This document shows, in pieces, positions 47,951 to 61,541 of a stretch of 64,000 nucleotides of DNA. The stretch comes from Enoplolaimus lenunculus (taxonomy: Eukaryota). The notes under the pieces are model-generated. The model did no database searches. It was not told where the DNA came from and saw only the letters and a list, made by a program, of their open reading frames with translations. The translations under genes were made by a program, and so were the position numbers. The stretch spans positions 248,001 to 312,000 of the forward strand of contig JASANG010002067.1 of the NCBI GenBank assembly GCA_030248215.1, read 5' to 3'. Numbering within the stretch: the stretch's first letter is position 1; each line of letters begins with the position of its first letter.

Positions 47951-50900
47951 AACAACTTCTTATACCGGTATATGTGTACAGGCATGGCAACATTTGCTTT
48001 ACATACACTTACGTGCACATATACCAACATACAGTATCCTTCCCTTAGGATTTACACCCAGACTGCTATATATGTTTAGGAAAATAGTTGCCTAAGCCAT
48101 GATATTTCTGATTGTATTTCTTACCTTGGTCGCTGAAACGCGTCAAAGGTTGCTCCAAGATTTGACGCTGAGCCACGTTTTGTTTCACCTGCGTCTCTGT
48201 TCAAATACACAATATAGTTCTACATATAAAATTGATTTTCGTTGGATAATGCCATTCATATGTCTTATATCTTGCACAGTTTTACAACTTAAAAAGAATC
48301 CTTTTGTATTAAGAAAGGGAGAACATAGAGCTCGATCCGATAATTAATGTTTTTAATCAGTCCTCCCCTGACATTAATACAATTTTCAAAATCGCAATAA
48401 ATTGCTAAATCCCATATTTATCACAAACAATACATGAATATTTCAATCGGACATGCGGTAAATACATCGAGGGCAGGGAAGGAGCCAGGACATTGGAAAG
48501 CCGTGGAGTTGCCTTGTTCGAGATATCTTATCAAAGAAGACGTATCTTGAGTTACAATTGAAGAAATTTCTAAAAATTCCAGGAAAACAAGTGGTTTGAC
48601 TCCTAGCCATCCTGGCTACACCCCTGAATACAGCATGCATAAAATGAATGATTTCAAAAATACAGTATCGATTACATATACAGAGAAGTATTTGGTTGTC
48701 TTAAAAACACCTTTCACCTTTAAAGAACATGATTTTGTATCAGGTTAAGAACGACCGGTGTGAAAATAATATTATGGTTACTTTTAGGCTCAGGCTTGAA
48801 CCGTTGAAACCAGTTTTATAACAACCAATTGCAAAATACGTTTATTTGTGCAAATTCCACAAGCGATACATAGCTAATCTAAACTTTTAATGCTGTTTTT
48901 GCAAGGTTGAAACCTGAAACGCTTCCGTGAGTTGTGAATTCATGGCTGAAACCTACGTTAAGAGTGCCAAAATATTTTTGTGGAAATGTACCTACTAGCT
49001 TAACGGCTGTTAACCTACGGTGGTTGGTCCAAGTTTGACCAAAAATTAAAGTATAGGCAGGAATGTGGGTATGATTCTACCCAAGGGTGTCAACAAGTAT
49101 TTCGTTTGTACCTGTCCGACAAGGAAACTGATATTTGGGGGAACCAAGAGCCAAAAGATCAGTAGAGTAGATGAAGAACCCTGTGTGCGATAGTGCAGCG
49201 AGTTTTGTGCGTTAAATTTTATAATTTTCGAACACGAAAATTTTGATATTAGCGAATATTTAGGGGTCTCAGCGATTCCCATGTGTTTTACTATGCTTGT
49301 TGGTTAATACTCCATACAACCCTTTTCCGGCATACCCGAGAGTACAGATAAAATTCCATACTTTGCAATATACTATTTTAAGGTCTGCAATGAAGTTTGC
49401 CTTGTTTTATTAATTATATATCCTGTATTTTTCATTTTGGAAAGATAAATGCAAATGCTGCATGCACATGAATAGGTGCTCTCAACGTTGGGCGCTGCTA
49501 TTAAATTTTGTGTGGTCTCAAAAAAATTCATTCGGTTAAGCGTATTTTGTGGCTCTGTGCAATCTTTAAACTACAACGGCGTGTTCCTATTATTCAAACG
49601 TACGAGGAAATTAATGTTCAGCATAAACATCCGAATAATACGTTTCTTCTCTCCTTTAGACATCGTTATACCAAACTGTTAATTCTACTAAACATGTATA
49701 AAGTATGACACGTACCGTGGTCTTTGCATTCCTCCCATATTGTCTTCTAAATTGTCAAGAAAATTGTTCACCTCTCCGATTCGTTTGCCAACGCTAAAAT
49801 ATTACAAAGCAAAAAAATAATTCATGATATTGATACTATCGTACAGTTGTTCTTTGAAGTTATATTTGAAACAACACTAGAGTGCTCAGCGAAGAATAGT
49901 TAAAACATAACATTTTATCGATTGGTGTCAAGTGTCACTTCATCTGTCGTCTATAAAACTTTTGGTCCAGGTTAATTATAGGGGTCCAATTTCCAACGCA
50001 ATGTCTAAACCTAAGCATAAACATAGCCTAAACATAACGCAGAGTAGCGATGCCACCGATACGGATGTTTCAGAATTTGCGGATACGGATTTTCGGACTT
50101 CACACCCTTGGATGTGGATGAAAATTTGCGTTTTATTTTTGTGAATGCGGATGTCTGCAACACCTCTTAGCATAAAAACGTGTCCGACTTTATCAAGTCC
50201 CACAGTCCATATATCTCGATGTGGGTAGGCTCCTATAATTAACATGGGTTAAAGTTTCATTCGCTTGGCCATTGCATAATATAAACAAAACAGAACTAGT
50301 AAACAAAACGTAACATTTAACTGGAAGCAGGTCATCATTTACTAATCTGTATAGGTTAGAATTAATTTCAACTAAATACAAAGTTAACCGTTTCAAAACA
50401 TGGCTGTTGGGGGTTTTAGAATTTTCAAAGAACTTTCGTTGCATCGAGGAACGGATAAATATAGTGAAAGTGTGTATACGTACAATGGGGAGATACGACA
50501 GATGTATCCCGCACCTGAAATTTATGGACTAACTATAAAATAGAAATTTTAACACGGTGTAAAATCACCTGTTACAGGTAAAACTTCATTTCAAAATTTT
50601 GAAATCATACGAATGCTGCATTTCAAATAATTCGTTATTCATCGTAATACTTTTGAACGACAGCCACAGTTTTACCTACCAGTGTGAAAGTGAACGAGTT
50701 TGCAATTTTAAAATTGATTGTGAACGGCGCATAGGCGAAACAAACAATCACTAATGACGTTTTTATAGCAGCAGCTTTGGTGCAGCATTTTTAGAAAATG
50801 AGTTCATGCTTTTACCCGACCAGAAATTTATGAATCCGCTACGGTTTGCAAATCAGGAAAACGCATTCGAAAAGTTTTTGTTTGACTTTAATATTCAAAA

Positions 50901-51713
50901 CATCTAAACATATAAACTACTTGTATGAAACATCAGGGTTAATATCACCATCAGTCATTTCGTATTGATGTCGTTTGCCAAATCTAAATGTTCATATTTA
51001 AGCAATGAACTCCTCATTCGCAAAGCATTATGTACACGCATATGCTGACATATCCCACCATATCTTAAAAGAGTTTTATTAGCTGGATTTCAGAAATTTT
51101 ATTTCAATAATTTTGCCCGTGTTGCAGTTTTACCATAACTGGCCGCTAGTGAAAGTTGCCGGTTTGATGTTTTGGCCAATGATGTGGGCTGTCCGTCCAG
51201 TGGAAAAACGGGCTTCCCCTGACCTTTACATTGGCCGATGCTCCTTAAATTGATTTTGTTGTTAAATTTCGAAACTGGCTTAACTGAAAGGTCACTTTAA
51301 GCCATATTTTGTCAACCGAGCCGATAAAATTGAGCTTCGATTTTTTAGACCCATGACCAATACAACTAAGAAGCTTAAAGACTAATATTGTATGCTTACT
51401 TGAATGATCTGAATAAATAAATGCTATGAAGTTTGTCACTCACACACAACCACACATACGTGAAAGATAACATGCAAATGGTTTAACACAAACTCAATAA
51501 TATTAAGGTTGAATAATGCATATTTATGTAAAAGTATACAACGGGAACATTTCGTTTATAAAAGGATGTGCCCATACAAGTGAGACTCAACCCGAGCGAA
51601 ACGATAAACGCGTGTAAAGTATTAAAGAATTTCAGGCGTGGGTCAACCCGCGGGCAAAGGTTAGTATTACTTCGGTCAAACAATATCAGTGTTTACCCAA
51701 GCCGTATACCTAG

Positions 51714-51830
51714 TTTAACCGTTTCTCACATGAATATTTTCTATTTGATATGAGATGTAATTTCAAGTTAAGATTGGATCCCCAGTCTCACGGGTAGGAG
51801 GCGCTTACGATGACCACTGAGCTATAACGG
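51714..51830 (-). mobile_element. Second copy (fragment) of the tRNA-like-head TIR element at 9396-9657
   Basis: The reverse complement tatagctcagtggtcat...cgcctcc...aatagaaaatattcatgtgagaaacggttaa aligns with 9551-9660. Confidence 0.65.
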
Positions 51831-53866
51831 AAAAGCATTGAAGTTTTCAAGTGTTCAGCCTCCAATCATGCCCGTAGCCAGTTCACCTTTCCGTTGGGTG
51901 TTAAAAAATTTTCCGGAGGGGCATACAAGGGTTTTCGATAACTTACCAGCAAGGTTTAAGTTTTCTAGGATGGATGGATCAAAATCCTTTCGGGGGGGCT
52001 GATCCCTCCTGCCTTCCCTCGGGCTACGGGCCCTCCTCCAATAAATGCAATCAGTAAGAGTTAATGCGTGGCGCTGCAATTGTTATGCAGCTCCAGACAG
52101 CTCAAGTCAAAACATTTTTGTTTTATAAAGATGTATGCAGCGTTGTTCGGCACCAGAAAACACCAAACGACGTCGGAAACCGTTAAACTCGTGGAAACAT
52201 ATATAGCGCTGTACTTTATTGGCGCGATACATATTTTGTAATGCGATCATCTGTAAACTAAAAGCATACAATACTGCAGTTTTACCTTGGACTTTGAAAT
52301 TCGTCAAGTTTATCAAAAAATGAATATTCGGATCGTTTGAACGGACTAAAATGTTTCAAATACATGTGATTATTTTGTGTGGATACACTTGATTTTTAAA
52401 CAGCGCACATACAGGGGCAGGAACATTTGGTTCCATAAAATTCAAAGTGGCACAGATCATTGAACGGACTGTCCTAAATCTTTCTATTGTCATTGTGTAA
52501 ATTTTACATCAACTGCGTTTAGTTAACTGTCTCAGCTTTAGGGGCGTAGCGTTTTAGAGCGGCGCTGCACCAGAGTAGGCCAAGGTTTTCGTCTAATTGT
52601 TTTGCTATAGATTGGACTTAGTTTTAGACTTATCCTAAATTTGAAGCTACTACTAACTAGGTTTAGGAATATGTTTAGGCTACTATCTCGCCACTAAAAG
52701 TATCATTGGCCAGTAGACTTATGGCTGCTCCCGTGCAATGGTATCAGAAGCAACAATGTCTTATTAAGGCTTTAGGGCAAATACTTACTAGCCGTCTGTG
52801 CTACTGCGTCAGCTTAACCGTAGTATGTTTTCCAGTATTAAATAAAATGTGTAAAAGAGGAACTAAAATAGCACAAATGCATTAAAGATAAGTGTGTAGC
52901 GCACCTGATACATGTATACACGCGTTTAGTTCTGTTTACGCGTTTGATTAAACTTTATAATACGCATGTGTATTGAGTTCTGATAACGAAAATCCGCTAC
53001 CACATAAAAAAAGTAAAACTGGGATTAGCGTTTTCCGATGGGTCACTAGATTAAAAATTGGGGGACACTTTTTTGGATCAAACATTTATGCTCAAAGTTT
53101 TTTTAACTAAGATTCGGCAAAAAAATTAAGAGACGGACTCCATGCCGTCTCAAAAATCAGGTGCGTTAAATTTCGCAAGCTAAACTGTTCGCGAATATGT
53201 AAATAAATATCCGAAGATATAGGACACCATATATTTTACGGTATATATCACAAAAACGCCACCATTTAGACTGTGATACAGCTTGCTGTAGAAAATTCGA
53301 AGTGGAAATTAACCTGTTAGTTTTCATGCTTGGAATAGCAGGAAATTGCAAATAACACCTGGTTTTCGGCCGATCGAGTATTAACCATTCTTTCGTCTGG
53401 TTAACAACTCGCGATAATTAGAATTTTACTTCTATTCATGTAATTGCAGGTGCATTCTAGAATCGATGTCTAGCGGCATATTAACGCAAGACGAATGTCA
53501 AACAATTACTTGGCGTCAAATGAAGGTGATGACTATAAAATAAATAAAAGAAACCAAACAGAATATCGACAGAGGAACTTGCGAAACTATTTCTGTGCTT
53601 AAAATGGCAGCATAGGAAAATTTGAAAAAACTTCTTAAAACAGATTACGAGAAGTAAAAGACATACAAGAATATATATATTCTTTCACAAGAGCTCAACA
53701 TTACAATTTATGAAAACATGAAACTTTTACGACCACACAAATGAAGGAACAGAAAACACAAACGAAGGAGCGACGAACAACACAATCGAAATGTGATATG
53801 TTTGTTTTTCAAATAGAAAACAAGATCAGCCAATTCAGTATCAAATACATGGCCTTTTGCAACCTC

Positions 53867-54331
53867 TCACCCATCCGATGTAAACATCACCGTCAGCGGA
53901 ACGTACTCATCTCTGAAATTTCGTTTTACGCCACCAATAAATCCGCTCGCAGCTGAAAATCGCTTTTTGCCCAGCTCACTGAATTCTAGCAGCCTTGCGC
54001 GTTTAGCTCCATTTCCGCTTGGCATAAAACTTGCCGCTGCCGAAAATCTTTTTCCGTGATGATGGTGACCGACACCGGAACCGGACGCAAAACTTGGTGA
54101 AAACGCAGCTGCCGCACTAAATCGCTTGCCGTCGACAAGACCGTTTGATTTAGGCATGAAACTGGACGCAGCGCTAAATCGTTTCATTTCAACAAACCCC
54201 CTGCCTCCTTCTCCGTTGGGATCAGTGATCTCAAGTCCAACGACGGGATGACATTGCAGTTGAATGCCAAGTATGATAATTAATACAACCACGCTTACGC
54301 TGGCAGACGCAAATTTTTGATTTAAAATCAT
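53867..54331 (-). CDS. Neuropeptide precursor (NLP-type prepropeptide) with repeated FSAAxxF peptides
   Basis: A hydrophobic signal (SVSVVVLIIILGIQLQC) is followed by KR/KKR-delimited peptides: FSAASSFMPKSNGLVDG, FSAAAAFSPSFASGSGVGHHHHG, FSAAASFMPSGNGA, ARLLEFSELG, FSAASGFIGGV. A tttccag acceptor lies 2 nt before ATG 54331. An upstream in-frame ATG exists at 54367. Confidence 0.85.
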   Translation of the reverse strand: MILNQKFASASVSVVVLIIILGIQLQCHPVVGLEITDPNGEGGRGFVEMKRFSAASSFMPKSNGLVDGKRFSAAAAFSPSFASGSGVGHHHHGKRFSAAASFMPSGNGAKRARLLEFSELGKKRFSAASGFIGGVKRNFRDEYVPLTVMFTSDG

Positions 54332-54549
54332 GACTGGAAATGGTGAAATGCTCGTTCGATGACCCATATATTTATTTATAAATGTCGCCTATTTATTTAA
54401 GCACCGTCAAGTAATAGCTGGAATATTGTTTGTTCGGCCTTCTGATCAAACATCAATGTAAGCATGAAATATTGACAAGATAGATTTTAAAGTTCTTGCT
54501 CCACGCGATAAAAAATTAGATGTTTCAGGGCCCCACGAATTAACTTTCA

Positions 54550-55635
54550 GGGTTGTCAGGGGAGATGGGTATTGCCATGGTGATCCCCGTGAGATGCAGG
54601 GTGGAATGGGGTGAGGATCAGTTCAAAATTGGCGGGATCCCCACACTGCATGAGGTTAAAAATTTTAACATACATAAATGAAAGACAATTTTATACATAT
54701 AATTATTGACCAGGTTGTTCTATATCTTGGTATTGTCCACGATAAACTGCGTTCATTACTAAGTGTCACTTAGGTTCTATTACGTGCATAGTTTGCAACA
54801 TTATAATGCAAGGTAAAGAGTTCCCGACTTTCCAGCATTCTCAAGGGCATGCACAAGACAGTTGTGTAGAGAAAGCAGAAGATCCGGGCGTTAGCTGCTT
54901 TCAGGAGTTTCTCCTTACGTGGACCTCACAATTGCTTGTTGAATGCTGTACTTTCTAGAGCCACTACGAAAAAATTTTCTTCATGTTTTGATAAAATTCA
55001 TCATGTTTTGACCGTTTCGACAACCCTGCTAATCAAACTGCTCATTCAAAATTCAAAATAAAAATTTTCGATAACTTTCGTCCTTAGTTCAAATGTAATT
55101 ATTTTTTGTTCAGTACTCAGGCTCTTCAGATTTAACCAATCGGATCCTCACTTTCTATAACACGAGGTTACGCACGCCGCTGCTCGCCAAAATTCGTCGG
55201 ATGCAACTCCAGGTACGTTGTATTGCTGTGCTAGAGTTTTTTATTTGAAAAGACCCTAATACTTCATTATTCCCTATCAGTGTTTTCGACCAAAACATGT
55301 AGTTTCGACTTGCAGATGCAATTTTTTTAAAAAACTAGCCCGTTCAAATTACAACTGCACTCTCGCTGCAGAAACTTTCACTTCGCTTTAAAAAATCAAG
55401 GCACAATCAAAAAATTACAAATATAATTGACAATATCAAGCTTTAGTAATCATTTGTCGTATTAAAGCCTTAGGTCTTTCTTATATAATGGTTACAGATA
55501 CTCTGGATATGAGTATCACAACCTACATGCCGTTCACCACGTCAGAAAGTTGGCGGGGTGTCGGGGAACCCCGTTGGGCATCTCCACGAAAATCATTCAC
55601 AGGGTGTGATGTGGTAAGGGTGAAAATTCTTCTCA
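54550..55635. mobile_element. Degenerate DNA-transposon remnant (possibly hAT)
   Basis: Both ends resemble the reverse complement of the short element at ~46070-46220. The minus strand at 54850-54960 gives frameshifted fragments (RRNS/LKAANA/DLL/LHN) reminiscent of a hAT dimerisation-domain end. Confidence 0.3.
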
Positions 55636-55656
55636 TGACATTCCTGTTAATTCTAC

Positions 55657-58600
55657 TATATTTCACATATTGTTTTAAAACCGAAAGGTCATTTATGAAA
55701 TACTGCTCCTATTTCACATATTGTTTTAAAACCGACAGGTCATTTATGAAATACTGCTCCTATTTCACATATTGTTTTAAAACCGAAAGGTCATTTATGA
55801 AATACTGCTTTTATTCCACATATTATTTTAAAACCGAAAGGTCATTTATGAAATACTGCTCCTATTTCACATATTGTTTTAAAACCGACAGGTCATTTAT
55901 GAAATACTGCTCCTATTTCACATATTGTTTTAAAACCGAAAGGTCATTTATGAAATACTGCTCCTATTTCACATATTGTTTTAAAACCGAAAGGTCATTT
56001 ATGAAATACTGCTCCTGTTTCACATATTGTTTTAAAACCGAAAGGTCATTTATGAAATACTGCTCCTGTTTCACATATTGTTTTAAAAGCGAAAGGTTAT
56101 TTATGAAATACTGCTCCTATTTCACATATTGTTTTAAAACCGAAAGGTCATTTATGAAATACTGCTCCTATTTCACATATTGTTTTAAAACCGACAGGTC
56201 ATTTATGAAATACTGCTCCTATTTCACATATTGTTTTAAAACCGAAAGGTCATTTATGAAATACTGCTCCTATTTCACATATTGTTTTAAAACCGACAGG
56301 TCATTTATGAAGTACTGCTCCTATTTCACATATTGTTTTAAAACCGACAGGTCATTTATGAAATACTGCTCCTATTTCACATATTGTTTTAAAACCGAAA
56401 GGTCATTTATGAAATACTGCTCCTATTTCACATATTGTTTTAAAACCGAAAGGTCATCTATGAAATACTGCTCCTATTTCACATATTGTTTTAAAACCGA
56501 AAGGTCATTTATGAAATACTGCTCCTATTTCACATATTGTTTTAAAACCGAAAGGTCATTTATGAAATACTGCTCCTATTTCACATATTGTTTTAAAACC
56601 GACAGGTCATTTATGAAATACTGCTCCTATTTCACATATTGTTTTAAAACCGAAAGGTCATTTATGAAATACTGCTCCTATTTCACATATTATTTTAAAA
56701 CCGAAAGGTCATTTATGAAATACTGCTCCTATTTCACATATTATTTTAAAACCGAAAGGTCATTTATGAAATACTGCTCCTATTTCACATATTATTTTAA
56801 AACCGAAAGGTCATTTATGAAATACTGCTCCTATTGCACATATTGTTTTAAAACCGAAAGGTTATTTATGAAATACTGCTCCTATTTCACATATTGTTTT
56901 AAAACCGAAAGGTAATCTATGAAATACTGCTCCTATTTCACATATTGTTTTAAAACCGAAAGGTCATCTATGAAATACTGCTCCTATTTCACATATTGTT
57001 TTAAAACCGAAAGGTCATTTATGAAATACTGTTCCTATTTCACATATTGTTTTAAAACCGAAAGGTCATTTATGAAATACTGCTCCTATTTCACATATTG
57101 TTTTAAAACCGAAAGGTCATATATGAAATACTGCTCCTATTTCACATATTGTTTTAAAACCGAAAGGTCATTTATGAAATACTGCTCCTGTTTCACATAT
57201 TGTTTTAAAACCGAAAGGTTATTTATGAAATACTGCTCCTATTTCACATATTGTTTTAAAACCGAAAGGTCATTTATGAAATACTGCTCATATTTCACAT
57301 ATTGTTTTAAAACCGAAAGGTCATTTATGAAATACTGCTCCTATTTCACATATTGTTTTAAAACCGAAAGGTCATTTATGAAATACTGCTCCTATTTCAC
57401 ATATTGTTTTAAAACCGAAAGGTCATTTATGAAATACTGCTCCTATTTCACATATTGTTTTAAAACCGACAGGTCATTTATGAAGTACTGCTCCTATTTC
57501 ACATATTGTTTTAAAACCGACAGGTCATTTATGAAGTACTGCTCCTATTTCACATATTGTTTTAAAACCGACAGGTCATTTATGAAATACTGCTCCTATT
57601 TCACATATTGTTTTAAAACCGAAAGGTCATTTATGAAATACTGCTCCTATTCCACATATTATTTTAAAACCGAAAGGTCATTTATGAAATACTGCTCCTA
57701 TTGCACATATTGTTTTAAAACCGAAAGGTTATTTATGAAATACTGCTCCTATTTCACATATTGTTTTATAACCGAAAGGTCATTTATGAAATACTGCTCA
57801 TATTTCACATATTGTTTTAAAACCGAAAGGTCATTTATGAAATACTGCTCCTATTTCACATATTGTTTTAAAACCGAAAGGTCATTTATGAAATACTGCT
57901 CCTATTGCACATATTGTTTTAAAACCGAAAGGTTATTTATGAAATACTGCTCCTATTTCACATATTGTTTTAAAACCGAAAGGTCATTTATGAAATACTG
58001 CTCCTATTTCACATATTGTTTTAAAACCGAAAGGTCATTTATGAAATACTGCTCCTATTTCACATATTGTTTTAAAACCGAAAGGTCATTTATGAAATAC
58101 TGCTCCTATTCCACATATTATTTTAAAACCGAAAGGTCATTTATGAAATACTGCTCCTATTGCGCATATTGTTTTAAAACCGAAAGGTCATTTATGAAAT
58201 ACTGCTCCTATTGCACATATTGTTTTAAAACCGAAAGGTTATTTATGAAATACTGCTCCTATTTCACATATTGTTTTATAACCGAAAGGTCATTTATGAA
58301 ATACTGCTCATATTTCACATATTGTTTTAAAACCGAAAGGTCATTTATGAAATACTGCTCATATTTCACATATTGTTTTAAAACCGAAAGGTCATTTATG
58401 AAATACTGCTCCTATTTCACATATTGTTTTAAAACCGAAAGGTCATTTATGAAATACTGCTCCTATTTCACATATTGTTTTAAAACCGAAAGGTCATTTA
58501 TGAAATACTGCTCCTATTGCACATATTGTTTTAAAACCGAAAGGTTATTTATGAAATACTGCTCCTATTTCACATATTGTTTTATAACCGAAAGGTCATT

Positions 58601-58827
58601 TATGAAATACTGCTCATATTTCACATATTGTTTTAAAACCGAAAGGTCATTTATGAAATACTGCTCATATTTCACATATTGTTTTAAAACCGAAAGGTCA
58701 TTTATGAAATACTGCTCCTATTGCACATATTGTTTTAAAACCGAAAGGTTATTTATGAAATACTGCTCCTATTTCACATATTGTTTTAAAACCGAAAGGT
58801 CATTTATGAAATATTGCTCCTGTTTCA
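55657..58827. repeat. 51-bp tandem satellite, about 62 copies
   Basis: Consensus atgaaatactgctcctatttcacatattgttttaaaaccgaaaggtcattt. Copies differ by only a few substitutions, and no indels were seen. Confidence 0.98.
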
Positions 58828-60687
58828 GTCTGTTATTTGCCAAACTTTGTTAGTAAAATTTGAACGACGGAGGTTTATTACATATTCTTTCGTAGTGAAC
58901 TCGAACTCTGCAGTTGCTTACTCCATAATAGAAATTTACCAATAGAATTTTTCCGTACGAACTTAAAAATTGCATGTAAATTAATACAATCACATAGTTA
59001 ACCTTTTTGGTAAAATTTGGACTATGAACCCATTCAGGATCAGAAAAGAATGCTCAAAAATTGGATTTTCCGCATTCAAACGCACATAGAACGGGTGTTT
59101 TTGGACCACCAACGCATTCATCTATCACAATTTCTAGCCTATTCAGCCGTGTCATTAATAAATACGACAATGCGCACTGTACTAAATTAAAATTACGCGA
59201 AACGACTGGTTTTTAACAAAATATCTAACAAATTGTGTCCTTAAAACGTTTTAAATATTTCCCAAAACAATCTAATTCAAGCTTGAAAATAATGCTTTTA
59301 GCGTTCAAACGGTTGCCGGCAAAGTGAGTTTATGAAAGCGCTGCTACACATTGCTGCATTTTTCATCAACGAAATTTGACACTGAAAACTTTTCACCCCA
59401 AAAGTTTTACGCTTCACTGAGTAGCTTTTGTGACCAGAAACACTTTGGTTGGTTCTCAAGCCCACTATTTAGATGGTATAGCCAGAATTTCATTTCAGTA
59501 GGGTATAATCTCATAGATAATTTAGTTGGTCCCTAGCAGCGAGGCGACAAAATTCTAAATCCAGTTTAAAGCGTTCTTTTCTTGTCCCTGAACAAATTTC
59601 TGAAACGAATATTTTCCCTGTATTGTTTTTCCTTGTATACATTCCCTTATAGGATCAATATTTTATACCCGAAGTGAGCTGCTTAGCGCATGGCTGAATT
59701 TTGCATCGGTAAATCTCGAGAGATCACAGCAGTTTTAGCGCTGTGCGCTTAAATTGATTCGCTAAAAGTTTGCTTGAAATACTAATTGCAGCGTGTTTGT
59801 TTATACATTTTTGTCCCGGATGCGAGAAGATTTGTATTAAATAGTTTTTGCCGTGAACCAATATTAATTTACCTTCGTTGCTCACTGTGCTCTGGTTATG
59901 CTCTGATGCCTGTTTTGTTGGCTGGAGAACAACAGGGTGTATAAAATAGGGTGAACCCGGCGGTAAAACAACTGCATCCGGACGTACATCATATTCGGTG
60001 GAATGAGCGCCGGAACTGGACCCAGTGGTAACGTGAAATTAGACAACAGCACTTCGGAAATTGACTCTCAAACTGACAAATCACCTTATTGATTGAAGTA
60101 TATAGAACTTTTATTTAAACATGAAAAAATTCAGTACTGAAAATAACGAATCCTGCTAAAGATTTCTTCCGGAGACAAAGCTGGAGGCAGATTGTCGGTT
60201 GCACTGGCAGATCCATTGGGAGACACCCCGCTTAGTCCCTCTCAATAGGGATCAAAACCAAGCATTTGCATTGAGGTTTAGCATAAAATCAGCGCCCGCC
60301 TTCTCGATCGCTGCATGCATATACTCGAGAGTTTTTATACACTATTATATCTCGCGCGGCACCTTTGGATCTGCCACTGTTTGGTTACACTCTTTAGATG
60401 AACGATAAACGAAGAAACGGAATAAGAAGAACCAAGAACAACATGGAGGTATTCCATTGAAAACGATTATATTTGAAACAGAGTAATTTGAGAATAATTT
60501 ACATTCCTTGTTAAACTAGAAAATAGGTATCAGAAAAATACACGAAACAACATTCGGAACAACATACCTGGATGCAAGGGATATCTGTAGTAAACAGCAG
60601 AGAACAACGCCTAACGTCACACAGTCCTTTCCAACAGCCATTATGATTGAGTTATAACGATTATTTGGCTTTCAATATAAATATCTA

Positions 60688-61244
60688 CACAAAAAATAAA
60701 TTGCTTAATATTCAAGAAATATTGTCTGAACTTATAGACGATGTTGTCAAATACGTCTTGAACTCCAGACATTTATTTCTTAACTGTTTAAGAAATATGG
60801 GTCTGATATTTTTCAGGCTTAAAAGGTCTGAAATTGAAGACTGTTTTATAAACGATTAAGACAAATATTTCTGAAATAGAAGACATATTTGCTTAAATAT
60901 ATGACAAATATGTCTGAAATATAAGGCAAAGGGGGCTAAAGCTTTAACCCGAAATATCTTTGAAATTCGATTATTTATATACACTCAAGAATATAAACGG
61001 AGAAACTTTTTTTGAATACATAAAAATCAGGAAATTAACTCTTGAATACATGACAACTATTTTAAAAGGAAGAAATTTATGTCTTATAATTGCCAACAGG
61101 TATTTTTAAGTATGACATTTATGTTTTATCCATTTCAAGCACGAAATTTCTGATCTGTTTAAGGCCATTAATGTCTGAAATCGAGATATTTATGTTTTGA
61201 AAATTTAAGTTTAAGTCTTGAAATTTCAAAATTTATTTTGTGTG
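60688..61244. mobile_element. Palindromic AT-rich MITE-like element
   Basis: ta|cacaaaaaataaatt...ttcaaga ... tcttgaaa...aatttattttgtgtg|ta, with internal gtctgaa/agaca sub-repeats. Confidence 0.5.
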
Positions 61245-61541
61245 TAGTGCAATTATTACTCGTTTATCTTAAAGCAATCCATAGAACAGTACTAAGAAAG
61301 CGTGTAAAAAAATAAAACGCTGTATTAAACGTTTTCGCATTCATTACAATATTTCTAAAATGAAAGTATTATGTATCAAGACGTTATTACCAATTTTAGC
61401 GTTTATAAAATCCTTCCTTTCGAATAAATATAAAACCTGTTTCAAAACATGATGTAAAAAATAGCGTTAAATTAAGGTTAAAAAGCTATTTGCATTTTTG
61501 ACACGATTTCTAACTTTTCGACGGCGCTAACGAAGGGGATA

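Noticed and set aside
55657..58827. CRISPR array
   Set aside because: Contiguous near-identical 51-bp units with no unique spacers, no cas genes and a eukaryotic context.
55488..58853. 475-aa and 644-aa ORFs as bona fide CDS
   Set aside because: They are translations of the satellite. Not called as genes without expression evidence; kept only as a finding.
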